A DNA stretch of 64,000 nucleotides from Callorhinchus milii (taxonomy: Eukaryota). The stretch spans positions 27,716,001 through 27,780,000 of the forward strand of contig NW_024704743.1 in the NCBI RefSeq assembly GCF_018977255.1, in the 5' to 3' direction. Made by a program: the position numbers and the translations under genes. This document shows, piece by piece, positions 36,641 to 51,410 of the stretch (the first letter of the stretch is position 1; each line of letters starts with the position of its first letter). The notes below the pieces were generated by a model. The model had not been told where the DNA came from. It made no database searches and was given only the letters and a program-made list of their open reading frames with translations.

Positions 36641-38564
36641 TATAAAGTAGCTCATAGATGTACCTTTGAGTGTATGAAATTCATCATTTAGAAATACACA
36701 GGCATGTGTGAAAAAGAGTATGGACAGTAACATGTGGCCACGTTGCAACATGAAATAGAGCTGAACAGTTTAGGATTTGCAGTTACATGGAGGATTTATT
36801 CTTTGTAAATGTGAAGAGGTAAAAACGCATTTGGATGGCAATACTGTAACAATCAGCTCACTTGTAACACAACCTTGATGAAATACGCTGAAGAGTGGAG
36901 AAAAGAAAGGCTATGATTTTGAATGGGTGCTTTATCGACAAATAACAGAATTGGAAGCTATGATATTGCAAACACATTTCATTAACTTTACTTTAGTGCT
37001 GTGGCCTCAGAGCCTGAATGGTTGCCAACCGTCCTTTTTAAAAAAAAACACTTTGTGTTATTATCTTTTCCTTTTCTTTATAACATCTTTGAAGGCGTTT
37101 GTTTCAACAGTGGTTTAGTAGAGGAACATCTGACGTGGAGGAGATCGAAGACTGACAATGTGAAGACAATGGATTTACACTTGCCATTATTAAACCAAAT
37201 GCTTCAGTAATACCACCAATTGAACAATGCATGTTAATCTCATTCATTCGCACTCCGCACCGTTTTTGATGAAATTTGTATTAGGAACTTTACCAGTGCA
37301 ATATAAAAGTAACTTTAATGTACTCTCTCTTTCTCTTTTCTCTTTTGAAGAAGCGTTTTGGAAATGCTACTATTCAAGACTAATCACATTTCTGGGAGGT
37401 GGGCGGGTGGCGGAGGGGTGAGGAGAGAAAATAAGACACCAATGTTTGGAGATAGATGGGTTATACCAACATCTACATTTCAAGAGGCAGCGATGTCTAA
37501 ACCTACAGTATAAAATAATTCATTCATATGTTTGGCAGAACCAAACAATCCAAGAGAGGAAGTAGAATCCTAGATTTGGACTGTCCCAAATGGTTCAGGC
37601 TTCACTCGAAACAATGACACATATCCAGAAACATTCGGGCACAATGCTACAGGAGATTGTCCTAGTTAGAGCTTTTTCAGCAAAATGAAAGATTGCCAGC
37701 CTACCATTCTTTCTCTATTCACTTGATTTGTTTATTGAAAAGGTTAATAAAATAACAATAATAATCCTTGCATTTGATATAATGCCATTCACATCAGGAG
37801 GATGTCCCAAGGCGTTTAGATTATAGGGGGGAAAAAAACATTGAACAATGTAAGGAATTCCACAAGGAGAGAGTAGGCGAGGACTTGCTTCATTTTGATT
37901 TCAACAGAAGAAGAACTTGTAGGAAGATAATTGGTTATCCTCTAACGTGTATTTCATACGTTAGTAAACACATAACTGTTAATCACTATACACTCCATGT
38001 CTACAGACATCTTTAACAGTAGCATCCGTGCCTGCAGCTGATATTAGAAAAGACCTGATGTGAAGGGGAAACAAGGTAAACAGGGTTCTGCCACCCAACA
38101 TAAAGTCGATCACGATCAGAATCAATTCTCGTCAATCTCTAATAATAATTCCGGGTCAGAATAGGATTTGTATTCAGAGTACCCAATAACAGTTGTTCAA
38201 AGGATGGATGTGTTACTGTATTGATTCACATGAAGACACTACTGTTGAAATAAAACTTTACAATTCAGATACAATTAATTTTAAAAAAACTAGTGTTCTT
38301 TTTATCGATTTAGTTTTGCTCACAGTATTCAGTGTTAGAAGAAAAAGTAAAATCAATGTGCTTCCTATCAGTGATGTAGAATTCCAGCAATATTTGATTT
38401 ATGATTACCAAGTTTTTTTAATCCAATGTGTTTTTTTGAAGTTTCAATTTTTAGTGATCTTTGACACCTAGGCACAATTCATGTAGTTACATCTGGCTTC
38501 AGGCTCACAGAAATGGCAGAAAATCTGCTTTGAAGGTTAGTATTTTCAAAGATACATGAAATAT

Positions 38565-38945
38565 AATAATACTTGCATTTGATACAGCACCTTATCACAT
38601 AGTCAAAAGTCTCAAAGTGCTTCACTGAACTTACTATAAAATGTAGTATCTGTATTTTCAATAAGTGATCGCAGCAGCCAATTTGTGCACAGGAATATCT
38701 CACAAATAGCCATGAATGAAAGACCAATTTTATTTAGGGATTGTGCACCTGGACACCAGGAGAAAATTCCCTTCTCTTTTCAAATACTATCAATTGAATT
38801 TTTAACATCCACCTAAGTAGTTATACGGGACCTCAGTTTAACATCTAATTAGAAGAATAGCAACTCTGAAAGTGAATTGCTCCTAGCATTGTATTATCAG
38901 CCAGACTGTAAGTTCAAAGACCCAATATAGGGCTTTGTATCCATA
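38565..38945 (-). mobile_element. DeuSINE-type SINE
   Basis: Tail + core (gacaccaggagaaaattcccttctcttttcaaatact...tttaacatccacct) homologous to 43725-44137. Confidence 0.75.
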
Positions 38946-38983
38946 ACATAAGTCATTGGGAACACTCAGTAGGTCAGGCCAAC

Positions 38984-39343
38984 ATAATAATAATAATAAT
39001 CCTTGCATTTGATATCGCGCTTTTCACGTCAGGAGGACGTCCCAAAGCGCTTCACAGAACACACTGTAAAGTGAATTGACTGTATATTTGTGGGCAAACG
39101 CGGCAGCCAATTGCGCACAGCAAAGTCCCACAAACAGTCGTAGATTGAGTGACCAAATAATTTTTATTTTGAAGGAATTATTACACCTGGAAAAGCAATC
39201 CACCAGATTCACTAACAACCAGATTCCTATTTATTGGCAAGTAAACAGAGGCATGTGGAGTAAGGAAACTTGCCCTGCCGGGAATCGAACCCAGGTCCTC
39301 TCATTTGCAAGGTGAGTGCTCTAACCACTGAGCTACAGGACTC
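38984..39343 (-). mobile_element. Younger tRNA-derived SINE, long variant
   Basis: Full head to (TTA)n tail; a 10 bp tandem (GACTCATAAT)x2-3 abuts the head. Confidence 0.92.
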
Positions 39344-40239
39344 ATAATGACTCATAATGACTCATAGACGAACAAAAAAAACATGTCTAATCAATTTGTG
39401 AGGAAGACCTTAAAATAGTTCCCAATAACTGACACATGACGGGAAATTAAACTAAAAGCAGGAAAAAATTGCTCCCCATTAAAATAAAATACAACCCAAG
39501 CTTTTCATGAATTGTCCATCTGAGGATTCAGTTGTCATTCTTCAGTGCACAAAGTAAGCTTTTTACTGCAAAAATATGCCAAAGGCCCACCTCCATTACC
39601 ACCATTGCTATTATAATATGGCTATTACACAGCAGAGTAATCATTGTAATGGTAGTTGTTAAAATAAATACATCTGACACTTTTTATGCTGTAACAGTGC
39701 TGACAAGCTAAAGCCTCAAAAGAAAGCTTTCATCTCTCAGCACAGCACAAAGTGTGGTTTCCAGTATTTGGCTCATGTCAAAATAGTGTGAGCTTTATTG
39801 AGATTGCTCAGAAGCAACTGTTGAGTCCCAGATATAGTGGATGAGATGGAGTGCATATCAGAAACAGTAAGAGGAGAATGCAGGAAGGAATCTGACTGGA
39901 TACCAATGTAAAAATCCAATCTAAGATCGCATGAGTGAGAAAGATTACAAGACTCAAGTTCAAAGAGGTTCGGGTGAAGAAACCCTTTGGCCGATTTGAT
40001 CTCATTTTTGCAGTCACCACTTTTACCACTCCCCAGCTTCCCATTACAGCACCAGCTGTTTTGTTTTTAAATACTTCCAATGCCCAAGCCTTAACCACTC
40101 TTAAACATAAGGGAGTTAACTATTTGCAGTTGTTTTTTGCCGTCTGAGATACAAAATTTGCCAACTTCAAGATGATTTGGGGGTCATGAGCTCTGCCACT
40201 GCCACAGAATATAAGTTTAAGAACACAATTCCATTGAAT

Positions 40240-42030
40240 TCATCAAATTGTCCAAATCATGCTTTCAATAAATCAATTATTTGGGGGATATTGTGGTGAT
40301 CATGTCACATATTTGCAAAATCTCAATATACTTCCAATCCAGTTTGTATTCAATTATCACTACCTACCTCTGCAGGAGTTTCAAATTTGGTTAAACAAAA
40401 TCATCTTTATCTCATCTTCTATCATGGTCCCTCCCCTTGTGTCATCCAGTGTCTAAATATATTTGTGATGTAATTTTCTACAATTACATACTCCTCTCCA
40501 TTGTATTGAATGATGTGAGTGCCCATTTTTGTCTAGGTTATCTCTGGTACTGCATGGTTCTGCATATTTTCTCTATCCGTATTGAGCACACACCTCAGCT
40601 ATGTATATACAATACTCTTCAATCTGTCTTGTCATACCAGGTTAGAACACAATATGGTCCTGTGCTTTACGTGTTCCATACACTGAGTGAAAATCCATCA
40701 GGATCTTACCTCTCAATGTTACCTGTAGGATGATTTACTGCCCTTCGTACAGCACTCCCTCATGTGTGGTTTGCTCCTTCCTATATTGATAAACTACAGA
40801 ATCACTATGTTCTGCTTGCTCTCTGGCTATTCCTCGTGAATGATGCTTGCCATTTCGCCCAACGATTCAACAGGTAGTGTAGATGCGTTAAAGAGAAAGC
40901 TAGACCTTCACATGAAGGAAAGGGGCATAGAAGAGTATGGGAGGGAGTAAGGAATGGGTGAAGATTTGTCTGTAGTATAAACACCAGCATGTGCTAGTTA
41001 GGTCAGGTGGCCTGTTTTCATGCTGTACGTTCTTTGTGAATATCTTTGTAAACAGTGTGCAAATGTTTGCATTTCATCCTGCACGTGGTGATTTCCTACA
41101 ACATTACTTGTAATAAGGAGCACTTGCACTTCTAACATCCTCCTCCCACTGTGTGGTTCAATTTTCTCTTTATTCACATACACTTTGCTTCATGTGTCAA
41201 TTGTATGGAGATCCAATACCAGTCTGGATCATAAATCAATGTCATATTCCATCAGCCGAATGGGCATTTGTTGAATATGTGGCAGTACATCTGCCAAGGA
41301 CGTCTTGAAGATTGCTTTTGAGAGGTTCATAGTCAGTTTCCATCCATGTTTTGCCAAAAATATATTGATGAAATCTGTCACACCCGTACACTGCTGCCAG
41401 ATACTCCTTTTCAATCTGTGCATATTGCTTCTCTGTTGTTGCCATAGACTTGGAGGCAGAAGCACGTATTCCATCTTTGCTGGAAAATCTAAACAGATTT
41501 ACTGGATTACCGGATTACACAAGCAACAGTACTGGATTGTTGAATAGAATTCCAGAACTGCCACTTGAGTTAACACATTTCACTGGTTTAAAATGTACTT
41601 TTTTGCTTGACACCCCGTTGCTTTATTTTCCTAATACCATTCCTTACACCTCCACGTGCGGTATGAATCAAGCCAGCCAGCTAACTATTCTTATTGGTTT
41701 TTAATTAATTTGCTATCTTCTGGAATGGATATCTCTTTGATAGTTTTTATTTTGTCTGGATTTGGCTTTCTCAAGATTATTTGCCTCAAATACTTCAATT
41801 CTTTCCTGTTCCTTTGTTCTCTTGCTTAAGTTTCAATTAGACATGTGTAAATCACTGCAGAACCATCTCATACGCCTTTTCTATTTTTTCCATAGACCAA
41901 AATATTATCTGTGAAATTTAGATCCATTTCTATATCATTCTAACATTGCAGAGTTTCCATTGAAAGAAGTCTTGTGAGACGTTATTCCAAATTGCATTCA
42001 TAAAATTCAAGCCCTCCCAAATGAAGTGTT
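40240..42030 (-). mobile_element. Decayed Gypsy-type LTR retrotransposon pol (RT-RNase H-integrase)
   Basis: RNase H motif TEKQYAQIEKEYLAAVYGCDRFHQYIFGK..ETDYEPL (41300-41445); RT FNT.FGR-like near 42000; integrase core YVT*SPQYPPNN*FIESMIWTI (~40245-40312, cf. TSSPxYPQSNGxxER); integrase lies downstream of RNase H = Gypsy order. Confidence 0.85.
40860..41035 (+). mobile_element. CR1-type 3' end nested in the Gypsy element
   Basis: aaagagaaagctaga...catgaaggaaaggggcatagaag..tatgg...tataaacaccagcatg..ctagttaggtcaggtggcctgttttcatgctgta. Confidence 0.7.
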
Positions 42031-43724
42031 AAACAGCATCAAATAATATATTTAATTATTATTAATAAATAGGAGCTTCTGTTCTTTGCTCCTGTCATTG
42101 TCATATGAAAAGTTTGCATTGTTGATATTTTATAATGCTCCCTTCAGAGATTCCTCAACCATGTTATAAGCCATCACATCAAATGCAGAGATTATTATTA
42201 TTATTTACCCACTTCCCTCTTCAAGATGACCTCTCTTGTTTTTTGTCCCTTCGATCAAGCACTCATTGATTAATTTCCTCAAGTGTTTTATTTGTCCAAT
42301 AAAGAGTAGTGCAGGATTTCTTTAGTGTTTTGGAATTGGCCATATGGTCCTCTTCGGTGCTATGTTCTTGCCATGTTTTTATTTAACTAAAGCAGCTGTG
42401 GCCATCCACAGACTGCTCAGAGCATTCATTGTGAACATATCTGCAGGCTAAAGTGTCCCAACTGGGTGAACTTCAGATATTCACCAAATGAACCCAAAGA
42501 CACACAATTTATGAAATTTTGCATCCATTATTCTGTTTTACACTCAGTGAAAAACATGAAGGGAAAGGTTTGGATGAGTTCCATGCCTTGGAGTGTTTAA
42601 GATGCTGCCATTGAAACCACCATACAGTGCCAAACCATCACAATATGGGAAGAGAAAAGGGTATCAAAATGTGTAGCTAATCCTCAAGGTTAAATGGCAA
42701 TGACTTTCCAACAGATGCAGACATCTTTTAGATAGCATACATCAAAGTGCAATTGAGAAGAGATGACAGTGCAAGAACCTACTGTTTTGTTAACTTGAAA
42801 AACTGAAGACCCCAGTGGGTTTCCTAATACACATCCTCATTAACCACACAATGGAGTCTTTTGGTGTAATGCCTCTGCTGAAGCAGTCGTTGTGTAATCC
42901 CAAGACCTGGGATGTGATGTTTGTAGAGGCTAAATTTGCACAGCACATTTGTCGAGCAACTCTCAATATGTTATTTATCCTGGTGGTCAAACAGAAGTAT
43001 TATTATAAATAAACATTCTAAGTGTACTATATTTCTGGCCACAAAGTGAAGAGGCCTCGGGCAGTTGAAAGAAAACAATACCAAGCATGATGAACAGCGA
43101 ACATCCAGCAGAGTGTAATGAAACACAAACATTCCCTCTCCTGAATTACACCAAGGTAGCACTGGGTATTCATTCATAACCATGGTATTTTCAATGTACT
43201 GCTGCGATTATAGTCATATTGATCCTGCATTATGTTTGCACTTCTTATTGTAATAAGGTGCTGCTCAGTAAAGCTGTCTTAATGTTTAGCATGCAACTCA
43301 GACATTACAGGCACATTTAATGTTGCTGCATTGTTATTCAGGCTATCTGCTGGAGGCACATCAAGGCAAATACTAATGATGTCTCAAAGGAGGTTTTCAC
43401 ATGGAATGCTCAGAAGTGTACACATCCAAAAGTTTTGTGTGCGTCTTTTTCTGTTAATTAAGTCAAAAATGTGAGACTTGTTTTCAGGAATATGCCTCAG
43501 TGCCCGAGTTTGGTGGTTGTTGGCCAAGTTGCCAAACATGTTTGATGACCAGACTATTAGACGTCAACCATATTTGCCAGCATGGCCAACAAATACAATA
43601 CAACAAATACAGCAATACAATCCTTATCAGGGCTCAGGGGAAACTAAAAGCGTCAGGCCTGCAATGCATAAGAATTGCTAAACACACTAAGGAAGATTGA
43701 AGTTTCATTCACGCTGAATTTCTG

Positions 43725-44137
43725 AAACAGACCTTTCACAACAGGGGATGTGTCAAAGCGCTTCACAGAATATTCTGTAAAGCGTAGTGACTGTGTATCT
43801 TGTAGGCAAACATGGGAGCCAATTTGCACACAGCAATGGCCCACAAACAACCGTGATATGAATGCCCAATTTTATTTTGGGGATTACTGGCCAGGACACC
43901 AGGAAACCCCACCCCTTCGTTTTTCAAATCATGCCACTCGTGCTTTAACATCCACCTGAACAGATGTGACCTGGGTTTAACATTTGAAGGACACCACATC
44001 TGACAGTGCAGTGCACCCCTGCACTGGATTGGGATGTCAACCTAGACTGTGTGTTCAAAGTTCCAACATGGGGTTGGAACCCACAACCCTTTGACTCAGA
44101 GGTAAGAGTGCTACCTACCACTAAGCCAGGCTGACGC
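43725..44137 (-). mobile_element. Older DeuSINE-type SINE, near full length
   Basis: Head gtcagcctggcttagtggtag..cactcttacctctgagtca, core gttcaggtggatgttaaa..tggcatgatttgaaaa..cctggtgtcctggcca, tail. Confidence 0.85.
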
Positions 44138-44810
44138 CTGATGTTGTTTTAAGAAAGAATTTGCATTTATCGAGTCTTATATGTCAAAATGTTCAAGTGT
44201 TTAACAGTAATTATTGTGATGTATAGTGACTGCTGCTTGCAGGGAAGAGCAGCAATCATTTTTCACATGGTCTGGTCCTCTGAACAGCCATGAGATGAAT
44301 CACTAACTAAATGGAGAATTGTTGGCCAGGATTGTTCACAGTCATCTCCAGCGCAGTGCTGGGTTTGAATCAGAGAGGGACAGTGCAAATGAGAAGATAT
44401 TAATATTGATATTCTAGTTAAAGGCCACTAACCTGTTAATGAGGACATGTGTTTGGAGTGAACAGTTTCTCCAGCACCAGTTCAATCCCATGTGTTCTAC
44501 TGAGTTTGCTTATTGGCGATAATTGGATAAAGAGAATGTTTTGCTTACCATCAGAATGTATCCATTAAGAGGTTTTAATTGTATACCATTCTGCAAAGAG
44601 TGTGATTAATTACTACTTTACACTACATGGACTTATACCATGGAGACATCATTTTGTTGCTGAAGCCTCAACTCCTGCTGCTGATCAGTGAACAGCATGT
44701 CTTAATTTTAAACTGCAAATGTTGAATCTCAACCTATCAGTGTTTCAATGCTACCATCTAGTGGCAATGATGTATGGTAACAGTTATGCAGCCAGAAACG
44801 TAATGCACAA

Positions 44811-45240
44811 TAAATAATAACAATCCTTGCATTTGATATGGTGCCTTTCTTGTCAGGAGAATGTTCCAAAATACTTCATAAGATTTACTGAAAAGTGTAG
44901 TGGCTGTGTATTTGTAGGTGAGTGCGGCAGCCAATTTGGCACAGCAACATTCCACAAAGAACCACAAAGTGAACAAACATTTTTGAGGGGAGAATTTGTT
45001 GGCCAGAGCAGTGGAAGATACTCGCTTCTCTTTCTGAATAGTGCTATGGAATCTTTAACATTGACCTGAACTGGCAGACAGCACCTCGGTTTAACATCTC
45101 AACCATTCTGTACCCCCACCACTGCATTGGAATGTCACCCTAGACTATGCGAGCTCAAAATCCAGGCATAGTGCTTGAACCCACAATTTTCTGAACCAGA
45201 ACCCTTCAACCCTTGAGATTACCACATGAGCCAGCCTGAC
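44811..45240 (-). mobile_element. Older DeuSINE-type SINE
   Basis: Homologous to 43725-44137 along its length. Confidence 0.82.
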
Positions 45241-45299
45241 TGCTGGCAATAAAGGCATTTTACAAGAGCTATTATCAAATGCAATTAGTAAGAACAACT

Positions 45300-45665
45300 T
45301 TCAGTACTAGGCCATACAACCTACAACCAACTTAATCCCAATTTCTGAATTCCTATCTGATCTCATCTTGGACAGTAGTTAGAGCATCAGAATTACCTTC
45401 TGCACCTCTGGTTTTAGGGAGATTAAACTGCTGATCACTATCCAGAGACATTTATTGGAAAGTATGTGTATGTTAATGTCAGGTGAGGACAGGATTTGAC
45501 TAGATTGTGATACCACTAGTTGAATAGTGTGCCATCACTCTGCGTCAAATCTCATACCGAATAGCAACTTATGCAAAGTCCAGAGAGTGCTCAGGGTCCT
45601 TGAAGAAGGGCAAAGGAGTCAAACACCTTCAGAAGAAGAGGAGAGCAGCAAAGTTGGCAGAAGAA
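45300..45665 (+). mobile_element. LF-SINE-like element, near full length
   Basis: gccatac..., ctgatctca, tgatcactatccag, ggaaagtatgtgt, tcaggtgaggacaggatt, gttgaatag, caccttcagaagaagaggag match the recalled LF-SINE consensus in order. Confidence 0.7.
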
Positions 45666-47744
45666 AATAAAGAAACTTTTCTACTAATGTCCACAGCAAA
45701 TCTGCAACTAAAGAGTGGTGTGTCTTGTGTATGTCTACTGTATAAGTTACTCTCATAAAATGCCCACTATAAGCCAATTACTAACATACACCAAAACTGT
45801 AACATTTCAACCCTTGAAATTAACAGTTCTTTATTACTGTTAATCACATTGCTAATTATCAGGTGCTTAATAGAAATCTTGTTCTGCCCGCTATGAAATC
45901 CAATTAATAATATTCCATTAAACCTATAAAAATGAATTACTGTCAGTTCATAAATATTTGAGAACATTGTATAACACATGCTGTTAACTTATAATAATTG
46001 TTTGAGCATGTTTTGTAATGGAATAGGAAGATGGAAATTTGATTAAACGATTAGTCTATTCATTCAAGTTTATTTATTAGTTCAAGGTCCACTATTTGGT
46101 ATTGAAACCACAGGAACAATTGCAATGGGCCTTAAAAAGTAATGTTTCAGTTATCAGCAGTTTCTAATATTTTCCTGATCAAACAGATACCCCTGCTGAC
46201 TGATGTCTGTAATTGGTTATCAAATTCATCCACGACATACATAATCACTTCAATTTACAGTGTATCCTGTGAAGCACTTTGAGACGTCTTCCCAACATGA
46301 ATGGTGCAAATATCAAATGTAATATTGTTATTATAAATACACTCTTAACATCATGTTAGTTGTACCTTTAATCTTCCAGTACCCTCACTGGCTAATACCA
46401 GCTCAGGTGCTGTATCTGCTTTTCCTTTACTCTAGCTATTGATTTGGAATTCAGTGCAAATACAGTCATTTGCTTTAGGTTATAGTTTAACTTGGAAGAT
46501 GATTTTTTAAATGAGTTCAGTGTTCCGGTCTCAACCACTCTTCCAGGTAACCTCCAGTCATTAATTATTCTCTAGATAAAGAAGTCGCTCCTAGTGGCTG
46601 TCCTATAACTGTACTTTTCAAACCTAAAGCTTTGTAGTCTTGTTCTCCTCAGTGCATCCAGACTTTAATTCCTCAATCAAGTTTAAAATCTTACATATTA
46701 TGTGGGATTTCCGACTTGGTTCAGCTGAAACTTAATAGACCCATCTGGGAAAGCCAGGCAGAGCAATCTGAGGCATTATTGTTGATTGACCATGCTGTCT
46801 TGCTCATCAGTGGAGATCTAGACATACACGCAAACTAAGGTCTTGACAAATAGACCTAATTGTTAAGGTCTTATAGTCCTAACTGGACAAATATCGTGCT
46901 GCACACATGGTTATTTTATATTCTCTTTCCCATTGGTAATTTCAAACTTAAATGACTTGCAATTTTACCTTTTTAGCAACAACCGCTTGCTTTATATGCA
47001 GCCCTTCATGTAGTATAATGTCTCAGAGTTTTTCACAACGATAGTATTTGAAGACAGAGGCAACATCAACAACAACTTGCATTTATATAGCACTCCCCAT
47101 GCAGGGTAGTGTTCCAAGAAGGGCAAGACTGATAATAGAGACAGGGAGTTCCAGAGGATAGAAGTGAAGTTCACATTTGGATACCCATGTTGAGGTTCTT
47201 TTCTTCATGTCAAATTCTTAAAGTTTTCATTTTGAAGTAAGATGCCTTCAGGAAATCACTAGAAAATGTTGGGACCTCATTCAAATCGCTCATATAAAAC
47301 AATTCTTTAGAGCATAATTTTATTAATGAGCTCTTTATAATACAACTAGTATGTCCAGTTAGTCTATTTCACTCAGTATTCAGTGAAGCAATGTACTGTT
47401 ATTTCCCACTGACCATCCTACTTCAGTCACCTTTACACTTGTGGAAATTGGAATTTCTGGAGTCAGTTATTAATGTGGGCCATTTCTCTCTCTCTCATCC
47501 AGGTAATGTTCCAAGTTACCACACAAAAGAGTGAAGAAAAGGGGTGCATTTCTTCTCCCACCATATCTATGACTGTTTGTGGGACAGTGCTGTGCGCAAT
47601 TGTCTGCCACACTTCGCTCACAAAGTATACAGTCAATTCGCTTTACAGTATAATCAATGAAGCACTTTGAAACGTCTCAAAGACGTGATAAGACGCTATA
47701 TCAAATGCAAGGATTATTACCATTATTATAATTTTTTAACCAAG

Positions 47745-47899
47745 TAGATTTTTTAAAAATAGAGGGAATAGAGGATATGGGGATAGGGAAGGTAATTAGC
47801 GTTAGGTCTGAAGATCAGCCATGATCTTATCGAATGGCGGGGCAGGCTTGAGGGGCCGAATGGCCTACTCCTGCTCCTAATTCTTATGTTCTTATGTTC
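47745..47899 (+). mobile_element. Young CR1-type LINE 3' end with (TTCTTATG)n tail
   Basis: gatcagccatgatcttatcgaatggcggggcaggcttgaggggccgaatggcctactcctgctcctaattcttatgttcttatgttc. Confidence 0.88.
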
Positions 47900-47904
47900 A
47901 AATG

Positions 47905-48060
47905 ATTGATGAATTGTGGAAACTTTATAAATTCAGTCTAAACTTGGAATTAAATTTTCTGGAGTTCTTAAAAAGAACCAACTTTAAGAATTTTCCACAA
48001 TTCTGCACTTTGATAAATTTTAAGAAACAAATAGTCTTAGAGGCTAAGCTAAATGAGCTT
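47905..48060. mobile_element. Palindromic MITE, copy 3 (left arm truncated)
   Basis: aattcagtctaaacttgg..ttttctggagttcttaaaaag..cttaagaattttccacaattc..ttttaaga..aaatagtctta similar to 4317-4463. Confidence 0.65.
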
Positions 48061-49941
48061 TATATTGAAGCTTGATAATCTGTTTCTTCAGACTACAACC
48101 TGCATGGAACATCCTCCTGTTTTAAACACCTCAGGTCAAATGTATTAATAGGACCGAATCAAGAATCGGATTTTGTAATAAATTGCTTGAGACTGTGGTG
48201 CAGCGAGGAAACATGTTATCTTTTGTCCTAGCCCGCGGACACTGGTGCCTCATAAACAAATATTTTTTTCATAAACGTCTCCATCATTTTGTTGATTTCT
48301 ACGCAGACAAAGTGCCAATCTTTGCATTGATGGCAAATGAAGGAATTCACTGTTTTTGAATAAATTCAGAGATCTTATATACCGTATTCCATAGATTAAA
48401 ATACTTTGTGATTATGAAATATGTAGTAAAGTCCACATTTAATATCCAGCTGTATTGTAGATCTTATGCGCTACTCACCTGCAAAAAGATTTTACCAAAT
48501 GATAGAACACATTTACATGTGATTATGACATGTGATTAATATAATGCCTATAACATGGAAACTTCTCAAAGCACTTCAGGGAATTACTATTAAATGTGGT
48601 AACTGTTTTTGTAGTCAAATGCAACAGGATATCTTGGAGGATAAACATAGATAATATTTACTGAACAATTGTGAAATGCAGAATCTATGATGGAAGCGAG
48701 AAAAACAATTGAGGTCGTAATATCTTTTCTGCTTCTTTTACTAAATGTAACTAATTTGTTAATGTCCCGTCATTCCACTCACTAAACGCAGAAAGTGTAG
48801 TGATGTGTACTTAGTGTACTTATAAATAATACTGAAAAATCATAGTGTGATTAACAGCTGGTAATAACTGTTTACCGGGAAAGGTGGTTGAGCCCAGGAT
48901 ACTGCTCTCATTCAAGAAACGTCTTTATTCAGTACTGGAACATCAGTAAGGCTGATGTTATAATAATAATTATTATTTTTTAATTAAAATAATTTAAATA
49001 ATGACTTTCACATCAGGAGGACATCTCACAGTAAAGTGAGTGACTGTATATTCTGCAGGCAAACATCTTCATCTGAACCTTATTATGATTGTGTGACTCC
49101 CCCCACCCCCTCTTTTGTGAGAAGGAATTAAGTGTAAAGTAAATCTAAAATTGTATGTTTGAAGCTCTGGGGCCTTGTACTTTCATCTTCAGTGCACATG
49201 TGGATCCCATTGAGAGTTAGAACCATGAAGATAAAGTGTGGAGGGCTGTGCGTGGAGGTGACCAATATGTTACAATGCCTAATTAATTTTGCATTAGTGT
49301 TTAAATCTTAACATCAATGGCTAAAAAACAAGTTGTTTTCGGTAGCAACACTTGTAACCTGCGCTGTGAGCATACCAATCAATGTCTATGAAGGCAGAGT
49401 AAGCAATAGCCTCTGTACTAAACACTCTGTGATAACACTCACAGAAAACATTTTCCATATTGAAAGTAAATAACAAGTGCTCTTTGTGATATATACATTA
49501 ATTATGATACAGATAGCCACATCCAAGATATTCAGTTGTCAGCGTAGAAATAAAAGACAAATGCATTTCCAAATTCCTCCAAAGAAAATCACAGCTTCAC
49601 ATATCAATGGTTGTGGAAGCCACCCAATAGTTCATATTGAAAGATTACATGGCAACTGATCCTACCTTGCATAGAATTTATGATACCTGTTAAAGCTTGC
49701 AACATGTACAAGCTAATCAGCCCTGGTGTTTTTTCTCCCATGAGTCACACAGTCTAATCCCACTTTTGTGTTCACTTCCCATACCCTTTAATATTCTTCT
49801 GCTTCAAGCAGCTATTTAATTCCCTTTTAAATTAATTGATGAACTCCACCTGAGACACACAAGCTGACAAATTAACAACACTGCCTTCACAAGATCACGA
49901 GAGAGGTTCAGACAAAGAGGCACTTTGGCTCATTTAACGTT

Positions 49942-50314
49942 GTGTCAGCCTGGTGGAGTGCTAGCACTCTCACCTCTGAGTCAGAAGATTGTGGGTTCAA
50001 GTCCACATCACAACTTGGAACTCACATAATGTAAACTGACATTGCAATGTAGTGCTGGGGGTGTATTGAATTGTCGGAAGTGAAGTCTTTTGGATGCGAT
50101 GTTAAAACGAGGTCCAGTTTGCCTGTTCAGGTGGACATTAAAGATTCCATGACACTATTAGAAAAGAGAAGTGAACTTCACTTCAGACTGTTTATGGGAC
50201 ATTGTTGGACGGAAACAGTAACACATCAGTTTACAGTATATCCAGTGAAGTGCTTTGAGATGCCTCAACAAGGTGATCAGGCACTATATCAAGAACAAGG
50301 CTTATTTATTATTA
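49942..50314 (+). mobile_element. Older DeuSINE-type SINE
   Basis: Head gtcagcctgg..tagcactctcacctctgagtcagaag.ttgtgggttcaagtcc, core, tail. Confidence 0.82.
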
Positions 50315-51410
50315 TCCTTCCCAATCTATCATTCCTCTAGAACTCTATATAGTACTCCAAGTGCGGTCTGACCAGAGCATTCTGCAAATTGGTTATGATT
50401 TCTGGGCGTCTGAATTCAACTGATTTAGCAATATAGCCAGCTTACTGTTGCCTTGTTTATTGCCTCACACTGCTTAGACATGGTGAGCAAACAATGAAAC
50501 AACATCCTTAGAGCTCTTTCTGTTTCCCCCATTGGCAAGCTCTATTCCTTTTATGGTGTACCTGTGCCTCCTATGCTCACTTCTAATATATCGTACCTTA
50601 CCTTCAATATGTATGGAACTTCATTTTTCAGTGATCAGTTCATGCGCATATTCGATCAAGCTCTCTTTGTAAGACCACTGCAGGCACTTCTGACTCCACA
50701 GTAACCTCCAGCTTTGCGTCATTTATCAGTTTAATACCTTTGCACTGGGTCTGCAAATCTAAGTCATTTTTGTAAACAGGGAATAGGAATGATCCAAGTA
50801 CAGACTCCTGACACAAGCCACTTAATATTTTTCTCCACTTAATACCTAGTTCCACGAACAACTACCCTCTGCTTCTTTCCCTCTAGCCAATTTCAAATCC
50901 ATATTTATCTTTTGCCCTTTATATATTGTGACATCAATTTGTAAAGGAGTCCCTCAATGTACTACTTTGTCAAATGTCTTATAATATTATGTGTCTTATA
51001 TATTACTTCATAAGGCTTCCCTGAGTCAATTTGGGATGTCACCTTCACTGAAAGTCTATGAAGTTGGTCATACATCTTTTCTAAATCCACATTGGTTGCC
51101 ATTTATTAAGTTATTTCTGTACAGTTAATATTCCATTTTCTTTCCGGTGATTGACTGCATCAGTTTTCCAATTATTGAGGTCAGACTCTATAGTTGCCAG
51201 GTATGGTTGTGTCATCTTGCTTGAATATAGAAACAGCATTTGCTTGCTTCCATATTTGTTGAAGTCTCACCAGTGGTAACTGATTCTATCACAGTGTCAG
51301 TGCTTCACAAACCTCCTGCCTTCTCAAAGTAAGTTATCCGGGGTACAGTACATCCCTTCAGGGATATTTGTTGGCTTCCACCCCTTGAACCTTTCTAGAA
51401 ATTCAGTTTC
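50315..51410 (-). mobile_element. CR1-type LINE ORF2 (RT) fragment
   Basis: ORF 50640-50861 WRKILSGLCQESVLGSFLF..YKNDL...KLINDAKL...LQRELDRI = degenerate SGVPQGSVLGP..YINDL..KFADDTKL. Confidence 0.85.
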